DNA of 55,754 bases, taken from positions 1 through 55,754 of the forward strand of contig JANMKC010000190.1 of NCBI GenBank assembly GCA_031371785.1, read 5' to 3'. The stretch is from Flavobacteriales bacterium. Lineage in GTDB: Bacteria; Bacteroidota; Bacteroidia; Flavobacteriales_F; PHOS-HE28. This document shows, one piece after another, positions 48,158 through 55,754 of the stretch. The notes below the pieces were generated by a model. The model was given only the letters and a program-made list of their open reading frames with translations, was not told the origin of the DNA and ran no database searches. Within the stretch, counting starts at the first letter, position 1. Each line of letters begins with the position of its first letter. A program made the translations under genes and the position numbers.

Positions 48158-48331
48158 CTAACCCGTTTTCTTCCAGAGCACATCACCGAACACAAGGGCG
48201 AGCACGATGAGGGTACAGAAAACGAAGAAGATGAACTTGGCGATGGTGGCAGCTTCAGCGGCTATGCCTGTAAAACCGAAGATGCCCGCGATGATCGCGA
48301 TGACGAGAAAGGTAACCACCCAGCGTAGCAT
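48158..48331 (-). CDS. DUF1328 small membrane protein
   Basis: Not in the track; [38 protein letters not shown]... Confidence 0.9.
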   Translation of the reverse strand: MLRWVVTFLVIAIIAGIFGFTGIAAEAATIAKFIFFVFCTLIVLALVFGDVLWKKTG

Positions 48332-48644
48332 GGTCTATTTGTTTTGCATCCTTGGAACAGCAACCGTGCCTTGGGAACGGATCACCTTCTTGTCATATGT
48401 CCGGAACAGCTGCTCAGTAAGGAGTTGCATAACGCCTACCGCTTCCGTTCCGCGCGCGAGCGAAGAAGGTCGCTGTGTGGAACAAGCGCCCCGGCATGGA
48501 AAGGAAGTTGTCCGATCAAGCCTACGATACCACCCTGTTCGCACACACGGGTAGGGGAACCCGTCAAGGCAACTCGAACCTGGTCGGCGTGGTGCTACCG
48601 ATGTTCACCCCGAAGCGTTTCCCGTGGTTCGGACTTCGCCGGGA

Positions 48645-48971
48645 TCACAGATGCAGCCCTTTCAACAGCAAGCGCTTCCATGCGGTGTGCTGGCGCAAGT
48701 AGGCTTTCACATCGGGGCAAAGCGGCACGAGCTTCAGCTTGTTGTCCTCGATCCACGTGAACACACGTTCGGTGAGCACTGCCCCTACGTCTTGGCCCAC
48801 AAGGGCCAGTGGTACATCGGTGCGCGTGAGGAACATGCGATCTCCCTGTTGGTCATACTCGATGCGTGCTCGATAACGACCCACTTGCAACACGAACTGA
48901 CGTGAATCGGGTTCGTTCTCCAAGGGCAGTGTGGCCAGATCGGGCAGGGGTGGTGTGGCGGCTTTGTTCAT
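48645..48971 (-). CDS. YjdJ-like small GNAT N-acetyltransferase
   Basis: TDVP.ALVGQDVG, KLVPLCP.VKAYLRQH; TACCTTTG element upstream. Confidence 0.8.
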   Translation of the reverse strand: MNKAATPPLPDLATLPLENEPDSRQFVLQVGRYRARIEYDQQGDRMFLTRTDVPLALVGQDVGAVLTERVFTWIEDNKLKLVPLCPDVKAYLRQHTAWKRLLLKGLHL

Positions 48972-49212
48972 GGTAAGGATACAAAGGTACCATCCTTGGC
49001 CCGGAGCCATCTGTTCCCGAATGTGGGATCTTCGACCCACGTCAAGTACATGTCTTCCAAGCAGCCCACGCTCAACACGTTCGCCGGGCAGAAACCACAG
49101 CGGCTTTCATCAGTACGTGGTTGAGCATCGCCTTCATCGTGGTGGAGCAGCTCAACTATGCCTCGCGCTCTTCTTCCGCAGCGAACGCAAGACCTGAAGC
49201 TCTTTCACTCGG

Positions 49213-49226
49213 TTGAACTGGTTCAA
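49213..49226 (+). promoter_or_regulatory. Fnr/Crp-like box upstream of the nitroreductase
   Basis: TTGAA-CTGG-TTCAA, 23 nt before -7 element GACCTTTG (49250-49257). Confidence 0.55.
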
Positions 49227-49264
49227 TGTCCAAGGGGTCACGACAGCCGGACCTTTGCGCACGC

Positions 49265-49867
49265 ATGGAGAACATACCTGTCATTGATACGAACACGCTG
49301 AAGCTTGCGCGCACGACGCATGATGTGCTGCCCCTGATCCGCGAACGTTGGAGCGCACGCGCCTTCAGCGACAAGCCCATTACCGACGACATGATGCGCA
49401 CGCTGATCGAAGCCGCTTCGTGGGCGCCCAGTGCGATGAACGAGCAGCCTTGGCGCTATCGCTATGCGCTGCGTGGAACCGAATGGTTCGACCTCCTATG
49501 GGCCTGCCTTGGCCCCGGCAATCAGCCTTGGGCGAAGAACGCAGCAGCGCTCGGCGTGTGTTCCGGCATCAAACTGCTGCACCGCAACAACGAGCCGAAC
49601 CATGCCTGGCAGCATGATGTGGGACTGGCCAACGCGCAGCTGCTCCTGCAAGCCACGAGCATGGATATCTACTGCCACCTCATGGGCGGCTTCGACCATG
49701 CGAAAGCGAACGCGACGCTCGCGATAGACACCGCACAGGAGGAGATCGTGTGTTTCATCGCGCTCGGTCATCTGGGCCATGCGGAGCAACTGATCGAGCC
49801 CTTCCATACGCGCGAGATCACGCAACGCACGCGAAGGCCATTGGAGGAGACGATCGTTGTGCTCTGA
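49265..49867 (+). CDS. nitroreductase family protein
   Basis: RWSARAF, WAPSAMNEQPW, HDVGLA, MGGFD, RTRRPL. Confidence 0.92.
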   Translation: MENIPVIDTNTLKLARTTHDVLPLIRERWSARAFSDKPITDDMMRTLIEAASWAPSAMNEQPWRYRYALRGTEWFDLLWACLGPGNQPWAKNAAALGVCSGIKLLHRNNEPNHAWQHDVGLANAQLLLQATSMDIYCHLMGGFDHAKANATLAIDTAQEEIVCFIALGHLGHAEQLIEPFHTREITQRTRRPLEETIVVL

Positions 49868-49945
49868 GCAAAAGCCCGCATGCTGACAAGGCTTGTCCGC
49901 ATGATCATTGCCCATCGGCGAACAGCTCCGGATATCTTGCCTGCG

Positions 49946-51118
49946 ATGCGCGCGCTCCGCTTCTTTCTTGGCTTCCTGCTCGTGCTCGTTCCAGAGATCC
50001 TGCGCGTCTTTTGGATCATGCCCTTCCCCGGCAGCCAGCAGGACCTGCCGACGGACAATGCGCAGGTGGATCAAGCGTACTTCCTGCACAACAACATCTG
50101 GTGGATCCGCCTCATCGGTCTTGCGCTGATGATCGGACCATTCGTCTACTACATGCGCTATGGCGGCGCGTGGGAACGGATCGGCGTGTTGCTGCCTTCC
50201 GCTCTCTGCGCGCTCGTCTTCTATGCGTTCAATTTCAAGTTCATGGCGGACAAGCTGTTCATTCCGCCGAAGGAAAAATTGATGCAGGTGCCGGTAGTGA
50301 ACGACAGCACGGCGAACAGCCTGGTCATCGGAGTGGAGATCAATGGCGACGCACGCGCGTACCCCATCGAGATCATCGGATACCATCATCAAGTACTCGA
50401 TACCATCGGTGGCGAACCCGTGCTGGTGACCTATTGCACCGTGTGCAGAACGGGGCGAGCGTTCAGTCCGAAGGTGAACGGTGCGCAAGAAACTTTCCGG
50501 CTCGTAGGCATGGACCACTACAACGCGTTGTTCGAGGACTCGCGCACGAAAAGCTGGTGGCGGCAGGTGAACGGTGAGTGCATCGAAGGGCCGCTGAAAG
50601 GGCAACATCTCATCGAAGTGCCATCGCAACAAATGACCCTGAAGGAGTGGGCTGCGGAACATCCCAAGACACTGGTGCTACAACCTGACCCGCTGTTCAG
50701 CAAGCAATACACCGGCCTCAAGGGCTATGATGACGGTACGATCGAGGGCTCCCTTGAAGCGCGCGATACAGCGAGCTGGCAACCGAAGAGCTGGGTGGTG
50801 GGCATGGTACACAACGGCGTGGCGCGGGCGTATGATTGGAATGATCTGCTCGATGCTGGCGTGATCTCGGATACGCTCGGAGGACAGCGGATAGAGCTGA
50901 CGCTTGGGCACAACTCTGCCGACTTCGTAGCAACGCGAGTGGCGGTGGATACCTCATCGGACAGGATCGCCTACTCCAATATGATTCTGGTCGGGACGGT
51001 CGACACGATCGTCACTTCCATACAGGAAACCTCGTTCTCAATTCCCGCCTACCAGGAATTCTGGCATAGCTGGCGCACCTTCCACCCGAACACCACGCGG
51101 TATGTGCCGAAGCGTTGA
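49946..51118 (+). CDS. DUF3179 domain membrane protein
   Basis: ARAYP, TYCTVCRTG, D..T.SWWRQ..G..I.GPLKG, FWHSW..FHP.T. Confidence 0.82.
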   Translation: MRALRFFLGFLLVLVPEILRVFWIMPFPGSQQDLPTDNAQVDQAYFLHNNIWWIRLIGLALMIGPFVYYMRYGGAWERIGVLLPSALCALVFYAFNFKFMADKLFIPPKEKLMQVPVVNDSTANSLVIGVEINGDARAYPIEIIGYHHQVLDTIGGEPVLVTYCTVCRTGRAFSPKVNGAQETFRLVGMDHYNALFEDSRTKSWWRQVNGECIEGPLKGQHLIEVPSQQMTLKEWAAEHPKTLVLQPDPLFSKQYTGLKGYDDGTIEGSLEARDTASWQPKSWVVGMVHNGVARAYDWNDLLDAGVISDTLGGQRIELTLGHNSADFVATRVAVDTSSDRIAYSNMILVGTVDTIVTSIQETSFSIPAYQEFWHSWRTFHPNTTRYVPKR

Positions 51119-51169
51119 ACCCGTGTCCGCACTTCTTCACATCTTCACGGCACAGTTGAGCGCGCAACC

Positions 51170-51598
51170 ATGGCCCACGATCCCCTCCCGATGAATCGGG
51201 ACAAAGACGTCTTCGAGCAACGCATCGCCGAAATGCTGAAAGCACAAGGTGCGAAACCGGAACACAAGAAGATGTTCGGCGGTGTGGCCTTCCTGGTGCG
51301 GGGCCATATGACTGTAGGCATCACCAACAAGGGCGACTTCATGGTGCGCTTCGATGGTACACGACATGATGAACTTCTGAAATGGCCGGGTGCCAAGTCG
51401 ATGACCTTCGGCCACAAGAGCATGAAAGGCTTCCTCTTCGTGGATGCCGATGCGGTGGAAAGTCCGAAGGCCTTGGAGAAGTGGGTGAAGCTCTCGCTGG
51501 AATACGTGAAGGGGCTGCCGAAGAAAACTGTGGCGACCAGGAAACCAGCAGCCAAACCGGCTTCAAAAAAGAAGCTGGCTCCGCGATCGAAACGTTAG
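51170..51598 (+). CDS. TfoX N-terminal domain protein
   Basis: KKMFGGVAFLV.GHM, MKGFLFVD, LEKWV..LP.K. Confidence 0.82.
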   Translation: MAHDPLPMNRDKDVFEQRIAEMLKAQGAKPEHKKMFGGVAFLVRGHMTVGITNKGDFMVRFDGTRHDELLKWPGAKSMTFGHKSMKGFLFVDADAVESPKALEKWVKLSLEYVKGLPKKTVATRKPAAKPASKKKLAPRSKR

Positions 51599-51616
51599 GG
51601 GCGCGCGATTGACCGA

Positions 51617-52120
51617 TCACGCATATTTCATCGCCTCATAGCCGAAGAAGCGCCGCAGGAGGCCGATCTGGCCGATGGTGTACGCTTCATGGTGCGCGAT
51701 GAACGCGATGAAGTCTACGATGCGCTTGCCAGTTCCCATGGCGAAGGGGGCATCGGCCAAGAGTTCGGCTTCGGTCATTTCCTGGATGCGCGTCATCATC
51801 TTCGCAGTGATGCCGGGCCAATCCTTCAACAATGCTCGCATCGATGGAAAGGTGACTTCGGCGCTCAAGCCCTTGCCGTTCGCGAAGAGATCGGGAAAGG
51901 GTTCCACGTCCGGCAGGCCGATGATGTTGGCGAGCATGTAACGCGTGGCCACGGTATGACCGGTGAGCCAAGCGATGTGGTTGGTGTTCGCGTTGGGGCG
52001 GGTGTGCGCGTGCTCATCGGAAACGCCGACGGTGACGTTGGTGAACAGGCGCGTTTGCAGATCGAACTGTTTGACGAGCATCTCCGTGAGCGGAGCAACG
52101 GCGGTGGATGTGGTGTTCAT
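51617..52120 (-). CDS. DinB family protein
   Basis: NHIAWLTGH and HHEAYTIGQI metal motifs. Confidence 0.85.
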   Translation of the reverse strand: MNTTSTAVAPLTEMLVKQFDLQTRLFTNVTVGVSDEHAHTRPNANTNHIAWLTGHTVATRYMLANIIGLPDVEPFPDLFANGKGLSAEVTFPSMRALLKDWPGITAKMMTRIQEMTEAELLADAPFAMGTGKRIVDFIAFIAHHEAYTIGQIGLLRRFFGYEAMKYA

Positions 52121-52185
52121 GAAGCTGGGCCCGGTGCGTGGAAGCGATAACGAAGGTACTCGCGTCGGCAGTGCCGATCGAAGGT

Positions 52186-52215
52186 CGCGGATCCGGACAA
52201 AGTTCCGGATCCGCG
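52186..52215. repeat. perfect 12-bp inverted repeat between the cupin and DinB genes
   Basis: CGCGGATCCGGA-CAAAGT-TCCGGATCCGCG. Confidence 0.65.
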
Positions 52216-52248
52216 GAAGAAACTCTCGTTCGATCGCGTTGCGCTTTT

Positions 52249-52728
52249 TTATTTCGGCGGCATGATCGTCATTCCGTACTTGGCGAAGAGCGCTGCGACC
52301 TTCGGAAAGTCGGGCGGGCCGGGAGGGAAATCGCCAAGCTCATCGAAGAAGGCTTCGAACTTCTTGCCTGGATCAACGAACCAGAGTGTTTTGCCCGGCA
52401 TGTTGCCGATGTTGCGGAAGCCGTGCGGCAGCGGCCGCTTGAAGTTGAGCCAGGTTCCCGCTTCGGCCGTGAAGGTCTCCTCGCCCAGTACCACTTCGAA
52501 GATGCCGCTCTGCACGTAGATCACTTCATCCTCTTCTGTATGGCTGTGCGGCGGAATGCCCAGGCCCGGCGGCGTCACTACTTCAAAGACGTAATTGCCG
52601 GCGCCTTCCTCGCTGCGCATTTTCACCGTAACGGTGTGCCCGAGGATGTTCTTCTTCTCGCCGGTCATCGGTGCGATCACCGCCGACACGTCGGGGCTGG
52701 CCGACGCGCTCAATGTGTTGGTGTTCAT
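52249..52728 (-). CDS. cupin domain protein (quercetinase-like)
   Basis: PPHSHTEEDE, PHGFRN, KYGM. Confidence 0.87.
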   Translation of the reverse strand: MNTNTLSASASPDVSAVIAPMTGEKKNILGHTVTVKMRSEEGAGNYVFEVVTPPGLGIPPHSHTEEDEVIYVQSGIFEVVLGEETFTAEAGTWLNFKRPLPHGFRNIGNMPGKTLWFVDPGKKFEAFFDELGDFPPGPPDFPKVAALFAKYGMTIMPPK

Positions 52729-52780
52729 GGTGTGTTGTTGTTGGTTGGGCAAAAGTGTCCGTTTCGTGAAGGGCGTTTCC

Positions 52781-52794
52781 TTGATCCGGATCAA
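52781..52794 (-). promoter_or_regulatory. Fnr-type binding site upstream of the cupin gene
   Basis: Perfect TTGAT-N4-ATCAA, 23 nt before -7 element CACTTTTG (52757-52750); next to a Crp/Fnr gene. Confidence 0.7.
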
Positions 52795-52824
52795 GAAGTG
52801 ATCGTCACGGGGAAAAGTGCATGG

Positions 52825-52897
52825 CACACGGAGACACGGAGGCACGGAGAATGACTACGGCAATGCAAAAGCCAGCGCTCTGTGCCTCTGTGGTGAA
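52825..52897. repeat. intergenic imperfect inverted repeat of 8-nt CACGGAG/CACAGAG units
   Basis: CACACGGAGACACGGAGGCACGGAG ... CTCTGTGCCTCTGTGGTGAA. Confidence 0.65.
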
Positions 52898-52900
52898 CGA

Positions 52901-53488
52901 TCACCTCCCAACTCGCCGCGCCCGAATGCGGCTCAACGCCTCAGGCGTGATCCCCAAATATGCCGCGATGTGGTAGAGCGGAATGCGCTCCATCAGCGTG
53001 GGGTACTTCTTCACGAATTGCTCATAGCGTTCCTCAGGCGTGCTGGTCATCGCTTGGAAGGTGCGCTCCTGATTACCGGTGTAGGCGCGCCGCCATTTGA
53101 TCTCCAGGAATTTCCGGAACGAAGGCACGGTCTCCTTCGCTTGTTCGAAGGCCGCAAGGTTGAAGGCCAGCAGCTCGCACGGCTCCAGGGCTTGCAAACT
53201 GTTCGCGGTCGGCTCGTTGCTGTAGAAACTTTCCAGATCGCCCACCCACCAACCTTCAACCGCGAAATACAGGATGCGCTCCAGACCATCCGCATTGTTG
53301 GTGTAGTAGCGCAAGCAGCCTTTGTCCACGTGCGCCACATACTTGCTGATGTCGCCCTGCTGGAAAAGGTGTTCGCCTTTTTTCATGCGCATGAGCGATG
53401 GCAACGCGCGCAAGGTGTCGAACTCGGCATCGCTGATGGGATGCGTGGCTTCGATGTGCGCTCTGAGCCGGGCGTGGGCGGGATCCAT
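52901..53488 (-). CDS. Crp/Fnr family transcriptional regulator
   Basis: KKGEHLFQQG, KGCLRYY, ALEPC, ERY, HIAAYLGITPEALSRIR HTH. Confidence 0.92.
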   Translation of the reverse strand: MDPAHARLRAHIEATHPISDAEFDTLRALPSLMRMKKGEHLFQQGDISKYVAHVDKGCLRYYTNNADGLERILYFAVEGWWVGDLESFYSNEPTANSLQALEPCELLAFNLAAFEQAKETVPSFRKFLEIKWRRAYTGNQERTFQAMTSTPEERYEQFVKKYPTLMERIPLYHIAAYLGITPEALSRIRARRVGR

Positions 53489-53565
53489 CGGCGAAAGATC
53501 GCACTGCCCTGTGATCGGTCGCGCGTGTATGGATGCTCTACCTTGTCATCTTCATCCGCACTATC

Positions 53566-53991
53566 ATGTTCACCTTCGAATATTCCGACATCATCCACGC
53601 TCCTGTCGAAATGGTCTTCGCTATTGTGTCGGATCCGCGCCGCATCCCGGAATGGCGCAACGACGTGCCCGGCATCAGCGATGTGAAGGGCAGCGGTGTG
53701 GGCATGACGTTCCTTGAGGAAGTACACTTCATGGGCAAAAAGCAATTGCTCATGAGGGTGACGGAGCGCGTTGCGAATTCGCGGCTCGTGATCGAAGCGC
53801 AAGGCGGCATGAAGTTGTTGCCCACGCAGACGTTCACCTTCATCGCGGAAGGCCCGGTAACACGGCTTCAGCTTTCGGTGCTCATGCGTACCTCTGGTTT
53901 CTTCCGACTTATGGAACCCATCCTGCCCGGACAGATGAAGGGGATCTGGGCGAAGTACTTCGAGAACTTGGACCGACTGGTGAAGGACTGA
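53566..53991 (+). CDS. SRPBCC family protein
   Basis: IHAPVEMVFAIVSDP..IPEW; C-terminal helix ENLDRLV. Confidence 0.82.
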   Translation: MFTFEYSDIIHAPVEMVFAIVSDPRRIPEWRNDVPGISDVKGSGVGMTFLEEVHFMGKKQLLMRVTERVANSRLVIEAQGGMKLLPTQTFTFIAEGPVTRLQLSVLMRTSGFFRLMEPILPGQMKGIWAKYFENLDRLVKD

Positions 53992-54070
53992 TCGCCAGAG
54001 CAGGAATTCTTTTCCGGATCGATAGGTTCGGTTCGTCCAAGAAGGCGATCAACGACCAAAACCCCAACCC

Positions 54071-54101
54071 ATGAGCAAGTACATCTTCTTTTTCCGCGGC
54101 G
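54071..54101 (+). pseudogene. duplicate of the YciI gene 5' end
   Basis: 28/31 nt identical to 54256-54286 (MSKYIFFFRG versus MNKYMFLFRG). Confidence 0.7.
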
Positions 54102-54208
54102 ACGACCTGATCCGCATCGAGATGCATGAAGCAATGCCGTTGCCGTGGATGCAAGGGGAACGCTCTTGTCCAGATCCGTCATGCTCATTCGTCAATGGAA
54201 CGAACAAC

Positions 54209-54232
54209 CCGCCTACGCTGAGGCTTCGGCGG
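54209..54232. repeat. REP-like hairpin in the YciI leader
   Basis: CCGCCTACGCTGAGGCTTCGGCGG; resembles a dispersed CCTACGCT..AGCTTCGGCGG repeat I recall from Bacteroidota. Confidence 0.5.
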
Positions 54233-54255
54233 ATAAAACCAAACAACCAACTACC

Positions 54256-54600
54256 ATGAACAAGTACATGTTCCTTTTCCGCGGCGGCATGAGCCCGGCG
54301 GACACCGCGCCCGAGCAGATGCAGGCGCAAATGATGAAATGGAAAAATTGGATGGACGCCTTGGCGGCGAAGGGCAAGCTGCTTGGTGGTGAGCCCTTGG
54401 AGGGTGGTGGCAAAGTGGTCAACGGCCGCGCCAAGAAGATCACTGATGGGCCTTTCGCGGAAAGCAAGGAGATCGTTGGTGGCTATTTGGTCGTGGATGC
54501 CGCGAGCCTCGATGAAGCCACCGAGTTGAGCAAGGACTGCCCGGTCTTCGAAGCTGACGGAAGCGTTGAGGTGCGGGCCGTGATGGCGATGAACATGTGA
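54256..54600 (+). CDS. YciI/DGPF domain protein
   Basis: ITDGPFAESKEIVGGY, CP......VEVR. Confidence 0.9.
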   Translation: MNKYMFLFRGGMSPADTAPEQMQAQMMKWKNWMDALAAKGKLLGGEPLEGGGKVVNGRAKKITDGPFAESKEIVGGYLVVDAASLDEATELSKDCPVFEADGSVEVRAVMAMNM

Positions 54601-55754
54601 TCCCGCCCGATCGCGATACCAACGAACTGGCCGACCATCTTTTCCGCCGCGAGGCGGGAAGGATGGTGGCCTCGTTGACGCGCTTCTTCGGCAGCAAGCA
54701 CTTGGAACTTGCCGAGGATGTCGTGCAGGATACCCTGATGAAGGCCATGGTCGATTGGCCGTTCAAGGGGATCCCCGATGACCCCGTGGCCTGGCTGCAT
54801 CGCGTGGCGCGGAATGGCGTCATCGACAAGTTGCGTCGCGACGCACGCGGTCTCGATCTGCTGAAAGAGAACGCCGCCCTCCTGCGCAGCGAATGGACAC
54901 TGACCGCAACGGTGAACATGGAATTGAACGAAGCCTCGATCACCGACGACCAGCTGCGCATGTTCTTCGCGTGCTGTCACCCATCGCTTCCACCGGAACA
55001 ACAAGTGGCGCTCGCGCTGCGAACGCTTTGCGGTTTCAGCGTGCCGGAGATCGCGCGCGCTTTCGTTACCCATGAAGAGACGATCAACAAACGATTGTAC
55101 CGCGCACGCGAAATTTTCCGTGCGATCGGCCGACTGGAGATCCCGGAAGGCGAGGCCCTCAATGATCGTGTGGAACAAGTGCTCTCGGCGATCTACCTGC
55201 TTTTCAACGAAGGCTACAATGCGACCGATCACGACGATCTGATCCGTGAGGATCTGATCGAAGAAGCGCTCCGGCTCTGTCGCTTGTTACTGGATCATCC
55301 GGCCACCGCCTTGCCCGAAGTACACGCGTTGCTCGCGTTGATGATCTTCCACGCGGCGCGATCCGTCGCGCGCGTTGATGCCGAAGGGGCGATCATCCTT
55401 TTGCAGGACCAGGACCGCGCGAAGTGGGATCGCTCATTGATCACGTTGGCGAACGATCACCTCACGCAAGCGGCCACGGGCGATCGGATCAGCACCTATC
55501 ATATCGAGGCAGCGATCGCCTCCTTGCACGCGAACGCGGCCACTTACGCTGATACCGACTGGGCGGCGATCATCGGCATGTACGATGAACTGATGCGTAT
55601 GAAGTCCTCATCCATTGTTGAATTGAACCGCGCTATCGCCGTGGCGGAGCGCGAAGGTCCATCACGTGGGCTGGAGGAACTCGAACGGATCAACGGGCTC
55701 GGGCAACAACATCTTTTCCACGCGACGCGTGGAGAGTTCCTTCGGCGGTGCGGA
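54597..55754 (+). CDS. ECF sigma-70 factor with TPR-like C-terminal extension (ECF42-like), runs off window end
   Basis: Not in the track; from GTG 54597: LFRREAGRMVASL...LAEDVVQD...AWLHRVARN..ID.LRR...DDQLRMFFACCHP...IYLLFNEGY...QDRAKWD; coupled to the DGPF gene. Confidence 0.9.
   Translation, partial: MIPPDRDTNELADHLFRREAGRMVASLTRFFGSKHLELAEDVVQDTLMKAMVDWPFKGIPDDPVAWLHRVARNGVIDKLRRDARGLDLLKENAALLRSEWTLTATVNMELNEASITDDQLRMFFACCHPSLPPEQQVALALRTLCGFSVPEIARAFVTHEETINKRLYRAREIFRAIGRLEIPEGEALNDRVEQVLSAIYLLFNEGYNATDHDDLIREDLIEEALRLCRLLLDHPATALPEVHALLALMIFHAARSVARVDAEGAIILLQDQDRAKWDRSLITLANDHLTQAATGDRISTYHIEAAIASLHANAATYADTDWAAIIGMYDELMRMKSSSIVELNRAIAVAEREGPSRGLEELERINGLGQQHLFHATRGEFLRRCG

Noticed and set aside
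48340-49200. Structured RNA or tRNA in the longer intergenic gaps (also 13980-14190, 35660-35800, 37340-37510)
   Set aside because: No cloverleaf or riboswitch consensus that I can recognise; an Infernal/Rfam scan would be needed.
41063-51598. recO or the TfoX-domain gene as the dedicated machinery of the cassette arrays
   Set aside because: recO is in its usual porZ context and stand-alone TfoX_N proteins are widespread; nothing in the sequence links them to the arrays.

Overview
GC-rich Bacteroidota (Flavobacteriales-like) chromosomal window. The lineage call rests on T9SS C-terminal domains, porZ-recO, DUF4292 and TAnnTT(T/C)G promoters. The backbone is housekeeping: yceD-rpmF-plsX-fabH-accB-accC; sensor kinase; enoyl-CoA hydratase; flippase-dut-nucleotidyltransferase-TPR-DUF4292-EnvC-like-tatA-gatA-mltD; ptrB; recO; porZ; folB; gltX; and a stress/redox cluster ending in YciI plus an ECF sigma factor. 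I found no tRNA, rRNA, CRISPR, integrase, transposase or reverse transcriptase. The main discovery is an integrase-free gene-cassette array at 22.4-24.7 kb. Four accessory cassettes (two paralogous membrane proteins, parDE, a lipoprotein) are each followed by a copy of the 5' end of the flippase gene. Every cassette takes its stop codon from the TGA in that repeated start (RTGA overlap). The leftover starts form leader ORFs coupled to the next cassette, or fuse to it in frame. The same footprint recurs at dut (PIN toxin-antitoxin cassette), at the kinase 3' end (T9SS cassette) and around a MazF-like gene. The duplicated copies differ mostly at synonymous sites, and core-gene 3' ends next to these hotspots are strongly G-rich and C-poor. 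Other notable items are a 939-aa internally duplicated multi-TM protein with a YegP-like tail, palindromes inserted in frame in core genes, and a possible Sm/Hfq-like protein. All product names come from motif recognition, not database searches.
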